Part shown: positions 59,235-64,000 of the stretch, one piece after another
Position numbering within the stretch: position 1 is the first letter of the stretch
How the letters are laid out: each line of letters begins with the position of its first letter
Origin: Candidatus Bathyarchaeia archaeon
GTDB taxonomy: Archaea; Thermoproteota; Bathyarchaeia; 40CM-2-53-6
Length of the DNA stretch: 64,000 nt
NCBI GenBank assembly: GCA_049513715.1
Contig: JBEKVV010000001.1
Coordinates: 480,001-544,000, forward strand
Direction: 5' to 3'
The notes under the pieces: model-generated
The model's database searches: none
Told to the model about the DNA's origin: nothing
The model's input: only the letters and a program-made list of their open reading frames with translations
Position numbers and translations under genes: made by a program

Positions 59235-61077
59235 ACACTTTACGGACTTTGACGGGCGTTTTGACGGGAGACTGGCCGCAGTATACGGGGTACGGCGGAG
59301 CGAAGTATCTGCTGAGACAACCGGATTCTCTGCGAAATACGAATGCCGGATTAAGGCTCAGTATCAGCGAGATTTGATGGGGCTGCTCGAGGAAGGCATG
59401 CTCCTCGCCGTTCGCAATTTCAAGGCAAGAAAACATGGCGGGAACAGGTTCACCCTTCTCGAGATTTCGAGGATTGGCCCCGAACACTTCGGATTGAGGG
59501 GTCTGTCCGAACATAGCTACTACCCCTATCAGTTCGAAATAATTGAGCAGAGCGTCGCCGACTGGGACACGGACGACAAAGCCACTATGATGATTCAGCT
59601 TGGGGCAATTCCGCTTAACTACGACTTGATTGTGCAGCAAAACACTCAACAGTACCTGAAGGGGTTCACCTACCCAGTTGTCGGCGAACGAGTGTTCATT
59701 CTGAACAAGGCTACGATACACAGAATGTACAACCGAAAGCTCTTCGAAGAGCTAGGACTTCCCTGGAAAGACGAGGAAATAATCACGAACGCAGATGCGC
59801 GGAAGGACCCGCGAATTGGTGTCATCAAAATGTTTCAAGAGGAGGATGGCCCTGTCCCGATTTACGTTAGCTTTGAGCGGCTCGTGCGCTACCACTTCGG
59901 CGTGTTCTCTTTTACGGGAGGCGGCAAAAGCAACCTACTCTCGAATATTCTGAGGCGGTTGCTGTACCATGCGATACGGACCAAAGTCGTCATCTTCGAC
60001 ATTTCAATGGAATACCCATTCCTACTCCAAGACGTGTTCATGGATAGTAGCATCAAGAGCAAAATCATCACAGAAATCCCAATCAAAGACACAAACCGGT
60101 TTGAGAAAGTAGTCGTCACGCCAAGAAGCTTCGAAAAATCAAACATCGCACCAAACCTAGAGAAAATTCTGCAACAGGGAAAGATCGGCTACTACCAGAT
60201 GGCAGGCAAGCCGCCTCCGAATTACGAGGATATCTACGACCAGATCAGAATGCTCGAAAAAAGCGAGGGTGACAAAGCGGTCAACCTCGACGCCATCCAC
60301 GAGGTCGAAAGAAAAGTCCTCGACTGGTTGAAGGACAAGAAACAGGAACGCTCAGACGTTGTTTCAGCAGAATTCCTAGATTACCTGCAAGCCATCGCCA
60401 CTGAAGCTGTTGAGAAATTCAAGGTATGGAAGAGCGGCTCACTCGCCGCATGGGCCTCCACGCGGAGTCAGCTCAAGGAAAGTCTCACGAAGAAACCAGA
60501 GCGCCCCGACGAGAACTCTTACACCACTGAAAAGTTGATCGGCCTCCTGAATGGAGACACAAGGCTCCTTTGCCTCTCAATAGCCGAGCCGAACATTATC
60601 AAGCGATTGGCCATTGATTTGACATCTGAGGCGCTTCAAGAACGAAAGAAAGCGTTCAAAGTAGAGCCTCAAGTGCTCTTCGTGTTCGATGAGGCCCAAG
60701 AATTCATTCCCGCCTATGACAAGGCGCGCGGAATAGATGCAACCTGCACCAATAGAATTGAAGCGCTACTCAGACAAGGGCGCAAGTACGGTTTGGGTGG
60801 ATGCGTCGCGACTCAGAGAATAGCCTATCTGAACACTAACGCCCTGCAGCAATTACACACCTACTTCGTAGGCCCCCTCCCAAGACCCTACGACAGGAGC
60901 TTAGTGAGCAGCACTTTCACCATCGACCAGAGCATACTAGAAAAGACACTAGAATTCGCACCCGGCCAATGGTTGCTCTCTAGCTACATTGCAACAGGAA
61001 TGGAGAACGTACCCATCTTCATTACAGCGGACAATTCAGAAACGGAGCTAAGAAAAGTCATCGCGCCAGCTAAGTGA
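59200..61077 (+). CDS. herA: HerA-like ATPase/helicase
   Basis: HFGVFSFTGGGKS, IFD, FDEAQEF, GRKYG, ATQR. Confidence 0.88.
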   Translation: MRLKVLEAELGRHFTDFDGRFDGRLAAVYGVRRSEVSAETTGFSAKYECRIKAQYQRDLMGLLEEGMLLAVRNFKARKHGGNRFTLLEISRIGPEHFGLRGLSEHSYYPYQFEIIEQSVADWDTDDKATMMIQLGAIPLNYDLIVQQNTQQYLKGFTYPVVGERVFILNKATIHRMYNRKLFEELGLPWKDEEIITNADARKDPRIGVIKMFQEEDGPVPIYVSFERLVRYHFGVFSFTGGGKSNLLSNILRRLLYHAIRTKVVIFDISMEYPFLLQDVFMDSSIKSKIITEIPIKDTNRFEKVVVTPRSFEKSNIAPNLEKILQQGKIGYYQMAGKPPPNYEDIYDQIRMLEKSEGDKAVNLDAIHEVERKVLDWLKDKKQERSDVVSAEFLDYLQAIATEAVEKFKVWKSGSLAAWASTRSQLKESLTKKPERPDENSYTTEKLIGLLNGDTRLLCLSIAEPNIIKRLAIDLTSEALQERKKAFKVEPQVLFVFDEAQEFIPAYDKARGIDATCTNRIEALLRQGRKYGLGGCVATQRIAYLNTNALQQLHTYFVGPLPRPYDRSLVSSTFTIDQSILEKTLEFAPGQWLLSSYIATGMENVPIFITADNSETELRKVIAPAK

Positions 61078-61215
61078 ATGCCTCAACCCACTCAAGGCTG
61101 TGCGACGTAGCGCATATTCCGCGTCTCCGCGAGTGCAACGACAGGCAACGCAACCTCACTTCAATGAATAGCTCCATCGAGCACTTAATACGCTCAGAGC
61201 CCTCTCCTACTTTCA

Positions 61216-61800
61216 ATGGCGGTCTTCTTGGCAAGCCCCGATCAAAACCTTACGAAGAAACTCGCCGAAATGAAATCCTTCTTAGACCATCGGATTCACG
61301 ACCAAGAAGAGGAAGTCAAGTCACTACGCTCCTTCTTGGAAGTTGTTGACTTGCTCCTCGCCGAAAGAAGCTTCAGACCAGTTGACATAACCTCGCAAAC
61401 GAAACCTCAACCGCAGCCAAGAGCTCCACCGAAAGCCCCGTCAGACAGCGTTCCGATTATGACCTCGGACGGGGTCCGAATCGCTTCGGTCTTTACCGAC
61501 CAAGCGGGTCTTCATGTGATTCCTGAGCCCGAGACAAAGCTTGACCCGAACTCTCCGCCCCTGCGCGCTTTTCTCGTAGGCAAGGTCCTAGAGCCTATGC
61601 AGGCCAAAGACAAGGAAGCAGCCACAGCTGGGACAATCCAGCCCGAGAACATTCTAACCTACAACTTGGAACAAGAGGACGACCGTCTAAAGGCGATTCA
61701 CATTCAGAACTATGGGGACGACCGCCGCGTGTTGGAGTTGAAGAATGCGATTAGGTGGACGCTTCGAAGAATGTACGAGAAGACCAGCGGTAAGAAGTAA
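61216..61800 (+). CDS. Conserved hypothetical protein
   Basis: N-terminal coiled coil, Pro linker, C-terminal WTLRRMYEK. Confidence 0.75.
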   Translation: MAVFLASPDQNLTKKLAEMKSFLDHRIHDQEEEVKSLRSFLEVVDLLLAERSFRPVDITSQTKPQPQPRAPPKAPSDSVPIMTSDGVRIASVFTDQAGLHVIPEPETKLDPNSPPLRAFLVGKVLEPMQAKDKEAATAGTIQPENILTYNLEQEDDRLKAIHIQNYGDDRRVLELKNAIRWTLRRMYEKTSGKK

Positions 61801-61818
61801 CATCCGGTTGGAAGGCTG

Positions 61819-63354
61819 TCACGCGCTTTTCGATCTCGAAGCCACCACGGTCAGCGCTTTCTCCTTGTCATCCTCCATCTGTTTGTGCAGCACGTCAAGC
61901 TTTGTTTTTGTTCGTTTCTTGTAATCCTCGTCTTTGATGGAAGCCATGTTTATGGCAACGTTCGAGGACGCGCCTTGCGCGCCTGCGTATGCTAAATGAA
62001 CCGCAGTCTGCAAATCTGAGAGGACGTTTTCGTTCGCGTATTCGCCTAGGGATTTCGCGAGAGCAAGAGCATTGGCTGCTTGTTCCATGGTTGTAAGAGG
62101 CACCTCCGCAGCACCCTTCAATCCCTTCTGAATTTCAGCGGATCTGGCATGTTTCTCTTCGTCGGTCTGCTTTGGCAAGCGATAAGCCTGCATCAGGCTG
62201 GCGAAGCTCTGCGAATCCTCATCGACCAAAGAAAGGAACCTCATCCTCAACGCCTCAGATTTCTCAAGCATCTCTTTCACATCCGGCCAGTGCTTCTCAT
62301 ACTCGGGCCGTTTGAGCGTCAACCGACAAACCATGCAGAGCAGGCTTGCGGCCAGCGAACCCGCATAAGCGGAGACGCTGCCCCCGCCTGGAACAGGTTT
62401 CTCGGAAGCCACATCACCCGCAAACGAGCTAAGATCCATCGAAACGAGCTTCTGGTCTTGTGGCCCTGTCAACTTGCGTTCGAGAATCTGGTCTTTGCTG
62501 AAACCATGCAGCCTAAGGTAGAACTCGGCCGTGTCGGTCAGCGCCTCGGTCGGCACTAATCCCACGATTTCGCTTTCTAGAACTTGAACGCCATTATGCT
62601 CGGCCAAGGTGTGTACCAGCTCGAATGCCTTGAACAGTTGACTTGCCTTGTAGTCCACCATGTTCATGGAAACCTGAACAATGCCTCGGTCCTTCAACTC
62701 GAAACCGAGCGCCTTGACGGCCATCAACCCGCCGTCCTTTGCGCGAACCTGCTTTGCAATTTGCTTCGCAACGTTCAGGTTGTTGGTCGCGAGGTTGATG
62801 TTGTACGCGATCAGAATCTGTCTGGCCCCAATGGCTGTGGCTCCGGCGGTTGGGTGTATGGTGTTGGGGCCAAAATCGGGTTTTCTGTCAGGGTTCTTCC
62901 CGATTTCCTCTCTTAACCCCTCGAACTCACCCTTTCTCACGTCTGCCAGGTTCCGCCGGTCTGGTCGGGTGGCTGCTTCTTCGTACAGGTACACGGGCAC
63001 CTTGAACCGTGAAGCGTATTCTTCAGCGAACTTCTTCGCCAATTCGACGCATTCACTCATTGTGACATCGGAGATTGGGATGAAGGGCACAACGTCTACG
63101 GCCCCCATTCTCGGGTGTTGGCCCTTGTGCTTGTTTAGGTCGATTAGCTCGATTGCCTTGGCGCTCACTGCCAACGCAGCTTCCTTGACAGGCTCCGGAC
63201 TTCCTGCAAATGTTAGGACGGATCGATTGTGGTCTGCGTCGGATTCAATGTCAAGCACCTTCACGTTCTTGGAGCGTGCCTCGGCAACTATTGCTTCAAT
63301 GACGTCTTTTCGTCTGCCTTCGCTGAAGTTTGGAACGCACTCGACGAGTTTCAA
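61819..63354 (-). CDS. ftcd: Glutamate formimidoyltransferase / cyclodeaminase fusion
   Basis: VECVPNFSEGR, HNRSV, HPRMGAVDVVPF, QVSMN, PGGGS. Start placed at TTG (MKLVE). Confidence 0.95.
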   Translation of the reverse strand: MKLVECVPNFSEGRRKDVIEAIVAEARSKNVKVLDIESDADHNRSVLTFAGSPEPVKEAALAVSAKAIELIDLNKHKGQHPRMGAVDVVPFIPISDVTMSECVELAKKFAEEYASRFKVPVYLYEEAATRPDRRNLADVRKGEFEGLREEIGKNPDRKPDFGPNTIHPTAGATAIGARQILIAYNINLATNNLNVAKQIAKQVRAKDGGLMAVKALGFELKDRGIVQVSMNMVDYKASQLFKAFELVHTLAEHNGVQVLESEIVGLVPTEALTDTAEFYLRLHGFSKDQILERKLTGPQDQKLVSMDLSSFAGDVASEKPVPGGGSVSAYAGSLAASLLCMVCRLTLKRPEYEKHWPDVKEMLEKSEALRMRFLSLVDEDSQSFASLMQAYRLPKQTDEEKHARSAEIQKGLKGAAEVPLTTMEQAANALALAKSLGEYANENVLSDLQTAVHLAYAGAQGASSNVAINMASIKDEDYKKRTKTKLDVLHKQMEDDKEKALTVVASRSKSA

Positions 63355-63494
63355 AACTCTTCGGCTCGCATGATGATTCGCCAAGCCTAATTTGGTTTCG
63401 GTCGATTCCAGCAGGTGGTAGAATACGCATCAGGTGGTTGCTCTTAAAGCGCGGAACCGGCATACTTTCTGAGAAGGCTTGAGAGGCGATTGTT

Positions 63495-64000
63495 TTGGCC
63501 ATTAAGATAATGGATGGCCGTGTCGTCGCGAAGAAGGTTAAAGATCAGGTTAGGAACCAAGTTAATGTGCTGAAAGGTTCGAAGATTGAACCCACGCTCG
63601 CGACGATTTTAGTCGGGGAGAACGCAGGTTCGAAGGCGTATGTGAAGAACGAGAATGCTGCCTGTTCAGAAGTGGGTATAATCTCGAGAAACATCGACAT
63701 GCCCTCAAGCACATCCCCTGAGGAGTTGAGCCGAGTCATCCGGGGACTGAATGATGACCGCAGCGTCACCGGAATCCTGCTTCAGCTACCCCTCCCACGC
63801 GGAGTGGATGAGGTAAATGCGCTATCAACCATTGACCCAAGTAAGGACGTAGATGGCATGACCCCGACGAACCTTGGGCTGCTTGTGCAGAGGGCCGCGA
63901 AGTTCGTCCCATGTACGCCAAAGGGGGTCATGGTGCTGCTGAATTACTACCGGATAAGACTAGCAGGCCAACATGTGGTTCTCGTTAACCGTAGCAAACC
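63495..64000 (+). CDS. folD: Methylene-THF dehydrogenase/cyclohydrolase (partial, runs off the window)
   Basis: IMDGR, LATILVG, GILLQLPLP, KDVDG, PCTPKG, NRS. Confidence 0.95.
   Translation, partial: MAIKIMDGRVVAKKVKDQVRNQVNVLKGSKIEPTLATILVGENAGSKAYVKNENAACSEVGIISRNIDMPSSTSPEELSRVIRGLNDDRSVTGILLQLPLPRGVDEVNALSTIDPSKDVDGMTPTNLGLLVQRAAKFVPCTPKGVMVLLNYYRIRLAGQHVVLVNRSK

Overview
Archaeal DNA, most likely TACK/Bathyarchaeia-like. This is inferred from the archaeal-type AsnRS, NurA-HerA, BRE/TATA promoters, frequent TTG/GTG starts and zinc-ribbon proteins. About 53 kb of accessory DNA abuts a housekeeping block (pyrG, GNAT, asnS, nurA-herA, FTCD, folD). Left to right: (1) a scar of three fused gene fragments, an M20 amidohydrolase and a convergent Opp/Dpp ABC transporter; (2) a UbiD decarboxylase with a coupled Zn microprotein; (3) a virus/plasmid-like remnant at about 11.3-22.4 kb, with a phased repeat array, a TIR fusion, an RHH-HerA/FtsK-like ATPase, an inverted-repeat-flanked microprotein operon, a DUF932 operon and a DUF4145/HEPN protein; (4) a deaminase cluster with a close AtzC homologue, adenine deaminase, two HxxQ amidohydrolases, an APC permease, a metallophosphoesterase and an NTase-fold gene; (5) a tRNA 3' fragment with a symmetric recombinase-like core next to a tyrosine integrase; (6) an integrase-linked defence island with two amino-MTases, a MORC/GHKL-nuclease fusion, a PD-(D/E)XK-like protein, a ParB-HD pair and a BamHI-like endonuclease. 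The best candidates for undescribed biology are the defence island (especially ParB-HD with MORC), the AtzC-like cluster, the inverted-repeat-flanked operon and the TIR fusion. I saw no complete tRNA, rRNA or CRISPR array. All family calls come from motif recognition by eye, not from searches.
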